Shown: positions 12,648-28,006, counted from the first letter of the stretch. The stretch is 64,000 nt of DNA from Felis catus (GCF_018350175.1 NC_058368.1:164116001-164180000); one strand, 5' to 3'. The notes: a model not told the origin generated them from the sequence alone. Program-made: numbers and translations.

Positions 12648-13301
12648 TACAGTGGTCATCTCATTTTAATACATTTACTGCAATTCCTTATCACTAGTGG
12701 CATCATTCTGGGTATTTTTTCAACAGGCTCATTTATCCCTTGTTATTCACTGTAGTTGGCATGTTGATCAGCTGATTTATGCCTCTTTGAAGAGATTATG
12801 TTTATTATGAGTGTGCTGAGACAGTTTATCAAGGTCAAAGTATAAGTGAAAATAACCAACATCCTAGACAAGGAATTCAGGAGGAAAGTTGCAATTCTTT
12901 CTTGACTCTGAACACATGAAGCTTTCGTTGATATTTGATATATACTTGGGAAAGAATATGATGGATGTATTGAAAATTAATAGGAATTAAAAAATAAAAT
13001 GTATATGAACCATAGTCTTAACAATGAAGTTTAAATTTTTTTTCAGCAGTTTACATTATAGATTTTATAATCCTTTTAACATCTTGCAAATAGAAGAACT
13101 TACACAGAGATGTAGTGACTTTCAAGTCAAGCCAATTAGTTGATGAACAGGGATCATACAAGAATATCTTTCTTGATAGAAAAGCCTGAGATGAATAAAA
13201 ACCCTTAAGATCAAAACACTAAAAAGATTAAGCCAATTGAGTTCCAATCAGCATACTTTTCAGTAGGCAGAAGAGTATTTTCTGCGGTGTTCAATGAGTT
13301 C

Positions 13302-13531
13302 TTTTTTTTTTTTTTTAATTTTTTTTTTCAACGTTTATTTATTTTTGGGACAGAGAGAGACAGAGCATGAACGGGGGAGGGGCAGAGAGAGAGGGAGACA
13401 CAGAATCAGAAACAGGCTCCAGGCTCTGAGCCATCAGCCCAGAGCCCGACGCGGGGCTCGAACTCACGGACCGCGAGATAGTGACCTGGCTGAAGTCGGA
13501 CGCTTAACCGACTGCGCCACCCAGGCGCCCC
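13302..13531 (-). mobile_element. Young SINEC_Fc-type Can-SINE
   Basis: CpG-rich, near-identical to the copies at 24.1 and 60.5 kb; perfect TSD tcaatgagttcttttt. Confidence 0.98.
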
Positions 13532-15871
13532 TCAATGAGTTCTTTTTAAAAAATGGTATCTGAGTGGTAAAGTGACCGTGATAGTATTACAATAAAGGGA
13601 GAAACACTGATGGCACTTCTCTCCCTCATTATTTGAGGCACTTCCTTCAGTACAGTTGGTGGTCTTGTTACAGACAGAAGGGCCCACTTAGCATATCCAG
13701 CATTAGGTATTTCCGACCTATAAAGTTGCATCTGGGAGAGATTGAAAATGAATGCACTAAGAGCTCTGAGTGTCACAGGATGAGGCTCACACACGTGCCA
13801 GTGTGAATGCTTTCATTCCTGGGAGTAAACATTCTTTCCCTTTCTCTTGGACTTTGGTAGAATATCTTCTCATGAACTTCAAGGTGAGTACTGTCCTTAC
13901 TTAGCATATGTGGCTCCTAGGTTGTCTGTTTAGTAAATGCTCTCGGAGTCTCCAATGTGCCAGACACATGCAGCTGTTCTTGTTTGATTGTCGACTTAAC
14001 TATGAACTGTGCTTCCTGACATTTGCTTGTGAAGATAGCTTTGGCAGAGTTGTTAAGAAGGAGAGAAGGTGATTTTGTGTCAGTTAAAATGCATCAACAT
14101 TTTAATTGTTTTAGTTCATTTTCTGTTCAAATAGCTCTTGAAACTCTGCCCATACTCTGTGGAAATCCTGGACATTTATTCTGCCCTGGGGACTCTTGGT
14201 GCTCAGGTATATCCATTTGGCCCTGTTTCTCTTTGGCCCAATGTTTATAAATCATTGTTTTCCCCCTTTGTAATAAGGCACAGCACAAGCCACTCAGGAG
14301 GAAGGGGGAATAATTATCATTACCATTCATGGGAAAATAGAAATATGGCAAAACTGTCTTGCTTCCTTGGAACATTTGAGATGAGCTGCCATGATTTGGA
14401 AGCATTTTGTAAATTTGCAAAGATCTTCAAGACTAACCATAGTTTACCATGTTAATTTCGTATCGATTTTTAGCAATTTCAAATGCTTAAGACTTAGCTT
14501 GGCCTGCACTTCTAGGCTTTTTAATTAGATCTGTATGTATAAGTCCAAACTGTTGATGGAACTTTTTTGAATTGTTTTAAGGTTTAGGAGAAAGAAAAAG
14601 AAGCGCTTTATCCTTTTACTTTGTGGTGATTTTCCTTATGGTGATTGAAGTGAATACAAAGGAGAATTTTACTCTTGTTAGAATGTTTTGAATATTTTAA
14701 AACCTTTGTAATACTGTGCTTTGATATCATTCCACTGTAAGTGTCAGAGCATGATATTTTCATAACCCAGTGTTAAAATAAACTTCCTGAAATAAGAATT
14801 TGTTAAGATTTTATTTTGTAGGAAGGAATGTGTATATTTTCCATTTAATTTTCTATGCTGGTAATTTCGTTACTAAGAGCTTCATAAAGTCTCTTTTCAT
14901 AAACTGGAGAGTCATAGGATGATTTACTGAAGGCAGTACATATGAAACAAAATTCAACGGTTTTACAATTGCTGCTTTTCAGTGAAGAATGCCGTTTAAA
15001 TTCTTCTACCTGGATAATTTTGCTTCCTGTATCACGGAGACAAGTCTCATCTTGTCCCCACTTTGATCATCTTTCACAGGGATTATTTCACAGCCTCCCT
15101 GACTTGTCAGTTCGTCTTCATACACCACCAACTAGCTCACTTTGCATTTTAGTAGAGAGCCTGCTGCTGTACCTTAGTAACAGCTTGGCTCTGAGTCTGG
15201 CTTATGCCACCAAATAACACTATGATTTGGGGTGGATTATTTGATAATAATCTCTTCTCTACATGCCTCACAGAGGTTTGTGATACAAACATGAGATAAA
15301 ATACATTGGGATGCTTTTTAATGATAAAGTGCCATATAAGCAAAAGGCATCACTGTTCTTGAAGTACAACCCATATTATGTCACTCCCTTGTTCAGAAAT
15401 CTTCAATTGTTTTCCGTTTCTTAAATAATAAATTCAAACTTTTCCTATCATTCAAAGACTCCAATCTCCCACCTTAATATTGCCCCTTAATATTAATCCT
15501 ATTTTACCTTTCCAGTCCCATTTCCATTTTATCCACTCTTGATCTCAATGATGTTTTCCAAATTCTGAGCTTTTATACATGTTAATTTTTCTTCACGGAA
15601 TTTTCTTCCCCAAATATTCAGTTTGCTATCCATTGATGAGACCTTTCATGACTGTTCTCCTACATATGGAAGCAATCTCTCTAATATCTGAAAAATCCTA
15701 TCTGTTTTTCTTTATTTCATCATTTTCTATGTTATTTATGGGAAGACCTTATCTCCTGTACTATACATCTCTGAAAGATTCCTCATACCCCAAAACACCT
15801 AGAATTTCCCACTTCACATTTTAGTCGCTCTATAATATTTGCAGAATAACCATAAGATAGTTTATTGTTTT

Positions 15872-15970
15872 TCTTTAAATAACTTCTCAGTTTTTGATTT
15901 ATAATTGAAAAGTAGTAAGATATTCAATATGTACAATGTGGTGATTTGATATACATATACATTATAACAA
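15872..15970 (-). mobile_element. L1MA-like 3' terminus (left part of the host L1)
   Basis: ataattga...atgtacaatgtggtgatttgatatacatatacatt is the antisense L1MA-type 3' end. Confidence 0.75.
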
Positions 15971-17640
<1,670 letters not shown>

Positions 17641-17994
17641 ATGAACAGTTTTTCAGACTTACAAGATTAATAAAACATTAGTTTCAGAGAAATTAAGACT
17701 ATCGTTTTTCTTATTCCCTGAAATTCTTTGAGGAAGTGTCTGTGCTTAATACATCCTTAAAAAAAATCTGTCACTATGATGATGATTGCAAATATGTAAG
17801 AGTTGCAAAACTTTGGTGTCAACCTTCATTTTTTAATTGAAAGTTAGGTAATGAGCAAATCTTTCATTAAACTATTACTTCTCTCTGTTTAGAGATTTGT
17901 CTTTGAAGGTTATCAATTTCTTCTGACAGTCCCCTCAAGTTACTAATTTCTCTTGCTTGGACTTTACTCTCAGGGACAAGAAGCTGGAATGTTG

Positions 17995-18509
17995 TGAAGG
18001 CAGCGAAAGCTTTTTCTTTACCCTCAGCATCTTCCAGAGGGAGAGATTAACAGAGAACCAAAGTTTTATTACATGTGCACGGGGGCTCAATAATGAAATT
18101 AAATCCTAAAGAAATGACCAAGGCTGAAAGTTTTTGTACTTTTTAGACAAAGAGACAATACATCTGTGAGGACTTGACAAAACAAAGAAAACTTAACTTT
18201 GGCAGCTCCAATTAGTAAGGAATTTTAAACAGAATTTGGGTTGTGGCATAAATTGGTAAGAAGTAAATAAAGGTTGTTTATACAGCCTTCTCAGCTCTAA
18301 ATTTCCCATCTCTGATGATAAAGATGTCTCTTTATTTCTTGCTTCAGGGAGGGTACCTTTCACATGAGAGTTTTATTTCCTGTTTCCAGGGGTACAGAGA
18401 AGGGCCTGAGTGTCTTTCTTGCCTAGACTGTCTCTTAAGTAACTTTTATTTGAAATAATCAATATGTCAAAGTGGCCCATTTAGAGGCAGCCTACCTTTG
18501 GCTCCTACA
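17995..18509 (-). mobile_element. MER34-like ERV1 solo LTR
   Basis: TG...CA ends; 4-bp flanks gttg/tttg; colinear homology with 34105-34889. Confidence 0.8.
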
Positions 18510-18921
18510 TTTGGATGTAAGAATGAAGAATAAGAGAGACATGTATCTATCTTGTCTTTTGTTTTATCTGTTGGCCATATCAAAGGTAGTGTGTATATGT
18601 ATGGGAAGAGGTGTGATGGGTGTTGTCCCAGAAAATGTGGGCAAATGGCAGATCTTTCAGTCTCCTTTGGGAAGATTTTACATATACTTTGATCTTAAAG
18701 AAGGTTCAAAGTATTTAATGGGCATTATATCATTCATATTTGTATATTTGATAGGACATGCAGTTCCATTTCATTAAGGAATTGAATACTGATTTGGAAA
18801 GTTTACACTATTCTTCAAAGGCAGTAAAAATGAAGGCAAGAGTCAGATGCAGTAAATGGAACATTTGCCCCAAGTTTGCTCTATATTTCTTTTTCAATAA
18901 TTAATACATTTTCTTATTAAA

Positions 18922-19125
18922 TTTTTTAAATGTTTATTTGTTTTTGAGAGAAAGAGGGAGAGAGAGAGCGAGCGAGGGAGGGGCAGAGAGAGGGGGAGAC
19001 ACAGAATCCAAAGCAGGCTGTAGACTCTGAGCTGTTAGCACGAAGCCTGACACGGGCTCAAACCCACGAACCACGAGATCATGACCTGAGTGGAGTGGGA
19101 CGCTAACTGAGTCATCCAGGCACCC
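18922..19125 (-). mobile_element. Can-SINE
   Basis: T-rich tail, (GA)n, gagatcatgacctgag, ends ccaggcaccc. Confidence 0.93.
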
Positions 19126-19150
19126 ATGCTCTTTATTTCTTTTATGGAAG

Positions 19151-19693
19151 TGTTCTAATTATTATAATGGTATAATAAAACTTCCTAAAACTTTAGTAAC
19201 ACAAAACATCATTTATTATTTTCAGCGATCCTGTGCGTCAGAAATATTTTCAATGCATGGTGGGCTGGTTTGTCTCTGCTCCATAATGTGTAGGACCCAG
19301 CTGGAAGATTTGAAGACTAGAGACTGGAATTATTTGAAGGTTTCTCTGGGCATCTCTGTCTCTTGTCACTCTATGTGATCTTGCCAACTTGGTGGCTTTA
19401 GGGTAGCAGGGCTTCTTACAAATTGGCAGAAGGCTCCCAATGCTCATACCCAGAGAAAGAGAGGGAAACCAGCAAAGGCTGAATTGCCTTCTTCTTTTTT
19501 TTTTTTTTTTACCTACTCTCAGAAGTCACACAACACCTCTTCCTATATTCTCTTTGTCAAGGCAGTGGCAGAGTCCTGCTCAATTTCAAAGGGAGGGGAA
19601 ATAGACCACACCTCTTGGTGAGAGAGTGGCAAAGTTCTGGAAAAGCATATGGGACCAGAAATCTTATCGTGGCCATTTTTGGAAGAAACTACA
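19151..19693 (-). mobile_element. MLT1F-like MaLR solo LTR
   Basis: ttgtctctgctccat...ctcagaagtcacaca...aagggaggggaaatagaccacacctcttg...gtggccatttttggaa. Confidence 0.78.
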
Positions 19694-20737
19694 GTGCATG
19701 TCTTGAACTTTCAACTTAAACTATAGTATAAGATTATAAAATTTAACATAAATTGTAGTACTAATGCTTGGTTTGGGAGTGTAGGTCTATTTCAGACTAG
19801 TATTCCGGCTTTACTATTTTTTTTTTGAAGGATTTAGAATTTTTTTTAGTTTTTCTTGGTAAGTTGTTCCAGCAACGGCAATATGCTTGAGAGCAAAAGA
19901 GCAGAAAATAAAAATTCAATGGACATATTTAGACAGATATGTGCCCCTGCAATAATTTCCCCAGAAATAATGACCATGTACAAATAATTAGAATTTCAGT
20001 TGTGTTAAAGTTGGATTCCTTTTGCTGACCTGGTTCAGCAGATGCTAACCAGGCTTAGGAGGATGATTGTAATTTCAGCATACAATATCCAGAAATGAAG
20101 TGAATGTGAAGGACTCTGTGACCTTCAGAGATGGAATTATGCCCTTTCTAGCAAAGCCTTTGATTTCTAAAATGTGTGCTATTTCCAGCAGACCTGACTC
20201 ATTAATGCCTGTCTCCTATCCATGTTGTTCTGGATGGCCAAAGCATCATTATTGAGAAACTACTTTGTGCAGGGAACACTTTTTCCCTAATTGCTTTGCA
20301 TAGAGATGAGTGCTTTTTCAAGGTTGAAGACTTCGGATTAGATAAAGATTGCTATTGAGCTAATCAGAGCATATGTGGGGATGGTAAGGAGGTCAATGAT
20401 TTTCTAAGAACAGAGCCTTTTTACTTTACCTTTACCTCTTTTTGAATACAGACATTTTCTTATTGTTACTTTGGTATATACGTTTTCTCTTTCATGATAA
20501 TACCCTTTACAGATACACACACAGACACACCCTTCCTCCCACATTAATTTTAGGAAATACTAAAATTAGTGTTTCCATGATATGGGCCTTATTTTAGAAA
20601 ATTATTCTTTTATTGTTACGAATATTGCAATCAGTTGGTATTTCTGATAACAACTCTAAATATACATTTTATAGAACTGAAGGCAGAGAATACATACGTT
20701 GGCATGCAACTTTATACTTCGAGAACAGTCATGCTTT

Positions 20738-20958
20738 GTTTTTTTAATTTTTTTTAACGTTTATTTATTTTTGAGACAGAGAGAGACAGAGCATGAGCAG
20801 GGGAGGGTCAGAGAGAGAGGGAGACACAGAATCTGAAACGGGCTCCAGGCTCTGAGCTGTCAGCACAGAGCCCGACGCGGGGCTCAAACTCATGGACCGT
20901 GAGATCATGACCTGAGCTGAAGTCGGCCGCTTAACTGACTGAGCCACCCAGGCGCCCC
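20738..20958 (-). mobile_element. Can-SINE (felid type)
   Basis: Full length; TSD cagtcatgcttt. Confidence 0.97.
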
Positions 20959-22035
20959 CAGTCATGCTTTTAGTATATGTCATAATCTAACCTTTAAGGG
21001 CAAAATAGTGTACCACTTTTTTTAAATATATACTTTACTAGGTTGATAGTAAAGTAAACTACTGAGGGATATGTTGACAGCTTAAGTCTATACTTTAAGT
21101 GCCATTTTATTATTCACTGCAATTTTTTTTATGCATTTGGATTTAACTTATTATATTTTTGCCCTGAGATAATTCATGCAAAATTATCTGAATGAAAAGC
21201 AGAGTATATACTTGCATGATTCTTAATGTATTTTTTATACAGAAATAGAGAGCTGAAGTGCAAAATGGAAATAGACTTCTTACTTCAATAATGGATATTT
21301 TGGTCCTTGTCCTCAGAGAGTTGAAACTGCTGCTGATGTAGCTTCATGACATATAGGTCTTAGTGTTAGCTTTACTTGGAGTGGAGAAACTCAAATGAGG
21401 TATTTGTGATGCACTTTTCTTACCCTTATCCATGTTTGTGTGGCTCAGTGACATCTGTAAGGGGGTATCTTTCAGGAGCAGGGTGCAGTATTAGTTACCA
21501 GCATTCTGTGCTTTCTCCAATGTTTCAGCAAACCACTGGTTTCTAATAATAAAACAGGAAAAGAAAAAAAAAGAGGAAAGAGAGACAATGCAAAAATGAA
21601 TAAAGGAAAATAACAGCTCCATGCGGGAAGAAAGCAAAGATTAGATTAGCCATACGGAAGCAATTCCTGCCTGATTTGTTAAATAATATAATTTGAATAA
21701 GTAAAAAGGAAAATTCAGCAAAAGAAAATAGCATGGGCATATGGACCAAATTGAGTCAAGATTGTAAAGTTAGAATTTATTTATTTATTTATTTTTTGCT
21801 GTATTCTATTTCTCTAAATGTTTATTTCTGTTCAGAATCTATGGCTGTAAAGACATATGCATCTTTTCTCTGAATGGTTTGAATTGTTTTTCCGAAGTCT
21901 GGACTAACTTTAGGTGTTTATTATGAACTTTAGGTGGCTTAGTGACTTTATATATTCAATAATAATAATGCTAACAATATATGAGATATGTACTTTGAAC
22001 CAGAAGTTGCCCAATGCACACCGTTGAAAAGTAGA

Positions 22036-22554
22036 TGAAGGTGTGCAGAATCGACCTCAAAATATTTCTTTTTGGCACGTGAGTTATTTTAGGCTGATTA
22101 TTTTTAGGGAACAACAGACAGGAAAAACTGAAAACAGTAGAAGTTACCCTTTCATAAGAGACGTTTATACATATAGGGGAAATCGCTGTCTGTACCAGGA
22201 AGTGAAGGATGACTCCAAATCTCTAGCAACTGCTATTAATGAAGAAGGCAAGGACTTAAATCTCCATAGCAACCTTACCCTTGTTTACTGTGCTTTTCTT
22301 GATAATCTCCCATAACTGGCCCCTACCACCCCAACATCTTCTTTTGTCTTTAGCTGAAGATGGAATTTAAGGTGGTAATTTGGGCCATTTTGGGTACTCA
22401 GTTTTCCAGGGTATCTCTCATGTATACTGGAGGTGCATGTGTTATTAAACTTCTCTTTGTTTTTCTCCTGTTAATGTATCTTATATTATTGGGGGGGTGC
22501 ATCTCAGTGAAGAAACTTGAAGGGTAGAGGAAAAATTATTTTTCCTCCCCTACA
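22036..22554 (+). mobile_element. MER34-like ERV1 solo LTR
   Basis: tgaagg...ttttcctcccctaca; perfect 4-bp TSD taga; ATTAAA signal; homologous to 27436-27962. Confidence 0.88.
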
Positions 22555-22784
22555 TAGATCATTTTTATTTCATTATACATATGGTAAAACAGAGATGTAG
22601 AATGTTTGCCCATAAGTACATATTTTTAATTGGCAGGCCCCAAACTATATCTTCATAACAAGTCTTCTCTTTTTCTACTATTCTGTCATTTCTGTTGGTC
22701 AGAATTATGTCATAAAATTTAGAATGTTAGTTCTTGTTGTGTCTTCTGCTTAACCGATACAATTATTTGTACTCTGGCAAAATT

Positions 22785-22992
22785 GTATTTTATTTAAATT
22801 TTTTTTAATGTTTCTTTATTTTTGAGAGAGAGATAGAGTGAGTATGAGCAGGAAAGGAGCAGAGAGAGGGAAGCAGACTCCAGGCTCTGAGCTGTCAGCA
22901 CAGAGCCCAACATGGGGCTCAAACCCATGAACTGTGAGATCATGACCTGAGCCAAAGTCTGAAGTTCAACCAACTGAACCACCCAGGTGCCC
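22785..22992 (-). mobile_element. Can-SINE
   Basis: TSD actctggcaaaatt. Confidence 0.96.
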
Positions 22993-23534
22993 CACTCTGG
23001 CAAAATTTTAAAAGGAAGTTCCATTGTAAGTTGACAAAGGCTTAAACTTGTCTCAGGATATTTGAAGTGGCTCAATGCTATTAATGGTTTTGTTTGTTTG
23101 TTTGTTTTGGTTCGGTTTTGTCATCTTCATTAGAAAAATGTAATCTTTATCTTCTACTGGCTAATCTATAGTGAAAAGGTCCTTTTTGAAGAATAAATTA
23201 TTGATCAGAAGTTTATGTTATAAGAAAATCAGAAAAAAAGAATTCAGTAGTTGCCTTAATAACATTGATAGCAAACAGATACAGCCTGTATGCTGCCTGC
23301 TTTCTCCATTTTCTGCTTTACTAATCCTACTAGAATTTAATCCTGGCCCTGTCCTCCTACTCTAACCACTCAATTGTCAAAATCCCGCTCAACACCAAAG
23401 ACCTGGTTCAAATGCTTTCTTTTTCCCAAGCTTTCCCTAATACCTTTCCTCCTTCCCCAAATAAAGGAAGAATCTAGTTTCTGTTTTCCTGTAACATGTT
23501 GCCTGGCTCATATAGCACAGTTCTAAATTATAGT

Positions 23535-24016
23535 TGTTGAGAAGCAATAATTCCTGTCCCCTCAAAGGTCCTTCTAACTGGACTAAGAATCACATTAACA
23601 TGAGGTAACTTAACAGGAGAAAATAGAATTTAATAGGTGTACATATGGGGAATCTACATAAACATGGAAATTCCAATGACAGACAAAATGAGGTGTATAT
23701 GTCATTCTGAATTAAGGAGATGGGGTAGGGGTCTGGGATTTAAGAGGAAAGGAATGCACTCAACTAGGCAATAAGAAGAGCAGTATTTGGTAATTAGATG
23801 TTTGCCCTGTCGTATAGATGGGTCACCCAGATAAAGTTTATCTCTGCTAAAAACCCTAATTCTGAGAAAGACCCTCAATTTAGATTCTTGTGTGTGGTTA
23901 AGGGAGGGACAAAAGTTTCTCTTGAGCCTGCAGGGTCTCAAATGCCTTCAGCTCAAAATAATCTACATGCCAAAGTGCACATTCTTGGGGTGGGGGGGGC
24001 TGTACTTAACCGTTCA
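23535..24016 (-). mobile_element. MER34-like ERV1 solo LTR
   Basis: TG...CA ends; perfect 4-bp TSD tagt; shares terminal motifs (ttaacatgag, atgccaaagtg) with the LTR at 34 kb. Confidence 0.82.
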
Positions 24017-24058
24017 TAGTTGATTAATTATTAGTTATTTATAAAAGTCTCTTCTGTC

Positions 24059-24283
24059 TTTTTTTTTTTAATTTTTTTTTCAACGTTTATTTATTTTTGG
24101 GACAGAGAGAGACAGAGCATGAACGGGGGAGGGGCAGGGAGAGAGGGAGACACAGAATCGGAAACAGGCTCCAGGCTCCGAGCCATCAGCCCAGAGCCTG
24201 ACGCGGGGCCTGCACCCACGGACCGCGAGATCGTGACCTGGCTGAAGTCGGACGCTTAACCGACTGCGCCACCCAGGCGCCCC
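24059..24283 (-). mobile_element. Young SINEC_Fc-type Can-SINE
   Basis: Near-identical to the 13.3 and 60.5 kb copies; TSD ttctgtctttt. Confidence 0.98.
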
Positions 24284-24361
24284 TCTTTTCTGTCTTTTAA
24301 GAGTAGCCTTAGTGTCTTCCAAAAATTTTATCTTACTGTTTCATTCTTAACAACATCTCAA

Positions 24362-24371
24362 AACAACAACG

Positions 24372-24405
<34 letters not shown>

Positions 24406-24406
24406 C
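24362..24406. repeat. (CAA)n microsatellite
   Basis: Direct reading; one interruption. Confidence 0.95.
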
Positions 24407-27400
24407 GTGAGTGCCACCACAATAAAAATTACCACCTCTGCGTGACTTCGTTCTTATCTTCACATACTCTTAATTATTATTTCTGTTGATGTGGAAATAA
24501 CAAATAGCCTGTTGGCATTTTTAGCAGATGCCTAGCACACCAGCAGAAGAACATATTAGAGAAAATTTATTAACTGAAATTTCAAGAAGTAATATAAGTT
24601 GTCATTATGGGGGGAAATCCATCTCTGAATAATTTTTATACCAAATGTATAATTTAGTATTATTTGTAAATTACATAGGAATGGGGGTGAGAGTGGAAGT
24701 GATGGGTAGGAATGAGACCGTTAGGTTTATAAAGATATTAATTCATCCTTGATTCCCATTCACAGGTTCCAAGATTCCCATTCGGTTTATGTCACATTCA
24801 TACTACTCACCTTCTCTCCTATGTGATTTTCAGTGTGAGTTTTCTCCATCCTATATCAAAGGAACAAAATAAATCCTTCTGTTACTTCGTTCAGTGGATC
24901 CATGTCCTATGACATTGTATTTATTTTTGTATGTTAGTATTCACAGCTGGCTTTTTTCAATACCAGCATGCAGGGCAGTTTGATATTGTTTGGTTCTCTA
25001 GCACAGAACTGAGGTGGCCCTGTGGCTAAGCCGACATATCGAATGACCTGGTGATAACTTGTGGATTTTCATGCAGGAAGGCACAGCCTTTAGGGGCTCC
25101 CTCTGTTCCCCTTAGTGTAGGGGCTGCGCTTGCTATTTGAATCTTGGGATACAATGGGCCCCAATATATTCTTTTAAAAAGAAGTATTGATACTTAATTC
25201 AATTCCTATATTTCTGAGAAAGACCGACAAATATTTCTCTTTTCTATGGCATTAGTTTAGTTGTAATTTTAGTGGGGAATATGCCTTAAGTAATTTAATT
25301 TGGGATACACAAAAATTAGATGAACAGGAACGGAGCTTGAAAGGAAAGTGGAGAGCTGAGCTGCTGTACTGGGTCTTTGTTCTTTAGAAAGTTGGCAGAC
25401 TGCTTCTGTGTGTGAAAGAGAGATTGTGTTAGGGTCCCATGGTGCCTATTAAGGTTTTCTAAGTAACAACTGAACTTCACTGGGCTCTGAGTGCTTGAGG
25501 TAGATAGATGGCTGATGCTCAGATTCCAATGCTACTCCTGCCTGAAGGCCCTATTTTTTGAAATACTGAGATAGCTTGTAAATTCGCTGAATGCAAGGGA
25601 ATAAAAGTGACTGTTATTCACCAATTAAATTCTTTCCTCCCAGTGCAGAAATCAATCCTGTACTTTAGTCAGTGGGGGAGATAAAACTCTAGGACAGCAA
25701 CCAGCTGTGGTGGCAGAAGGAAAGGCAATGAGAGTCTGAGACAGGAGCCACGCTTGGCTAAAACAAGGGAAGAAAATGGACTCAAATTGGCATTGGGTGT
25801 TCACTCAAGGGCATGTATCCTCCGTCCTCGGCATAAGCTGATAGAATCAAAATAGACCACATGGGGCAAAGGGCTGACTAGAAAAATCAGTTCAAGCAGC
25901 TTGGTTGCCTCCCAGAGATGTGAAGCAGCATTCAGCGGTCACATCCCAAGGGCGGACAGAAAGCAATACTCAGTTTTCACTTTGTTTGCTGTGACTATTA
26001 AAGAAAAGTCCAGGAGATGGCTGTTGGAGTAATGAAACCAGCATATTATGGGTGAGTGGAGACCAGGTGACTGGGAGCATTGTGGACAGAATGCAAACTA
26101 CATTAGAATGAATAACCCAAGGCAGTGATTGTAATTGAGTGAGATTAAATTGGAAAACTTTCAGGGGTGATGATGAAGACGTTACGTTGCCCACAGCGCT
26201 AGGAGAGAACACATGTGTAAATTAATTGAGCTAATGTAGGCCAGACCTTTGATCAGAACATCTATATTTCAAAAATGGTATTTATGGACACATTTTTTTA
26301 TGGGTAGTTATGAGTAATTGGTGGTAGAAAAGAATTCTTTCCCTGTTCTTTAGTAAAAAAAAGGAACCCAAGAGTACTGGAATAGCAAATTGGCTCTAGA
26401 ATCTTCCCCATATTCAGTTTCCCTTCCCTAGCAGATCCCTGCCTTATAGAAACAGGGACTGTGATTTATCCCTGCTGTGGAACAGGTGGCTCCAGGTCCT
26501 TCATTATAACTGAGCAATTTGTGCTGGTCCTGTCACACTTGCAATTTGCTTGCCCATGGATTGGTGGGTCTTTCTGGGTCACAGCAGAAAAAAAGCAATC
26601 CCAGAAATTCCTCCTTTTAAAATGGTATTCTTAGGATAATCTGATGTTTTCACTATTTTACATCAAACGCCATTGCAAGAATAGCTCACAGGATTGCAGC
26701 CTTGAAGAAGCATGGGGCTGGAGCTTCAGAAGCCCCCAGCTTACCTTGTGTTCTTTTTTGTAGGGCTCTGAATAAGCCATACACAGGGAACATCACAGTG
26801 GTAACTCTGCTTAGTGATCACAATTTCCTGCTTTGTATTTTTGAAAAGTTTTACTTCTCAAAGGACCTAGATCAGTAAGCCCTTTACATCAAACTTGGAC
26901 AGAATTTTTGAAATTTCATTTAACCACAGAAATTTAAAGTTGCCCATGACTGTGGCATGCATTATCCCCAAAGAGAATTATTTTGCACGTTGTGCTTCTG
27001 TGCAAAACAAAAATGCAACTGTCCACGCACACACACATCTACACACATATGTTTAAAAGGATGTTTATTTATTGAAATTGTTTTTGGTGACCACATTTTC
27101 AGCCTATACAGATAGCAAAGGCACAGTCACGTTTTATCCTCTAAAATAGGGTACGTGGCCCTATTGTGTCTATTTGCGCTTTGGGGGAATTTAGTTTATT
27201 ACGTAAGATAGCCAGTTATGAGCAAGGACTTGAGTGAACAAGAGGCAGGGGATGATACTTTGGTGAAAGAAAGGAGAGAAAAGGATGGTAAGGAATGTGT
27301 CTTACTTGGAGGTAGTGCTTATATGACCTGAGAGATGACATCGTGGGAGGTGGGAATAGAATTTGGGAAACTCAACTCCTAAAAATTATATGTAGCATTA

Positions 27401-27435
27401 AATGGTCTCTTGCTGTTAGTCATATATCCTTAATA

Positions 27436-27962
27436 TGGAAAGGGAGCAGAATTTGCCACTCCAAAATGTTTCTTTGGCATAAAGATTATCATGAGAGGGT
27501 TATTTTTAAGAAACAGCAGACACAGGGTAGAAGCTCTGAAAACCGAGTAGAAGTTAACCTTTTGTAAGAGACATTTAAATCTCCATTTGTAAGGGTGTCT
27601 CTCTCTCTGTACCAGAAGGAGGAGGATGGCTAAATCTACCCTCATCAGTGGAGCAGGCAACTGGCTTAAATCTGCAAACAACCTGACCTTTATTTACTCT
27701 GCTTTGCCTGAGAACCTCCCACAATTGGTTTCCCTCCCACACACATCTTCTTTTGTCTTTAGCTGGAAATGGTATGTAAGGTGGTAGCTTTGGCCATTTT
27801 GGGGAGTTACTCAGTTTTCCTGCGTATTTCTGATATATATAGGAGATACATATGATATTAAACTTCTGTTTGTTTTTCTCATGTTAATCTCTCTTGTAAT
27901 ACAGAGGGGTGTCAGCCAAGAATCTAGAAGGGTAGAGGAAGAATTGTTTTTCCTTCCTCTCA
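27436..27962 (+). mobile_element. MER34-like ERV1 solo LTR
   Basis: gcagaatttgccactccaaaatg...catcttcttttgtctttagctg...agaagggtagaggaa; colinear with 22036-22554. Confidence 0.85.
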
Positions 27963-28006
27963 ATGTATTTTTCATTAATTGCATTGGAAATTCAAAGTCT
28001 ATCACC

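Noticed and set aside
13294..13563. SINE-derived ORFs (here and at 2.1, 4.5, 20.8, 22.8, 24.1, 34.3, 36.1 and 55.1 kb)
   Set aside because: Translations of Can-SINE consensus sequence, a common false-ORF source in carnivores.
13861..13883. 23-nt plus-strand microexon with consensus donor AAG|gtgagt
   Set aside because: Interrupted acceptor tract and no supporting context; isolated donors of this quality are expected by chance in 64 kb.
22036..27962. Two same-orientation related LTRs ~4.9 kb apart as one provirus
   Set aside because: The first LTR has its own TSD (taga) on both sides, the two are visibly diverged, and no PBS, PPT or gag/pol/env remnants were seen between them.
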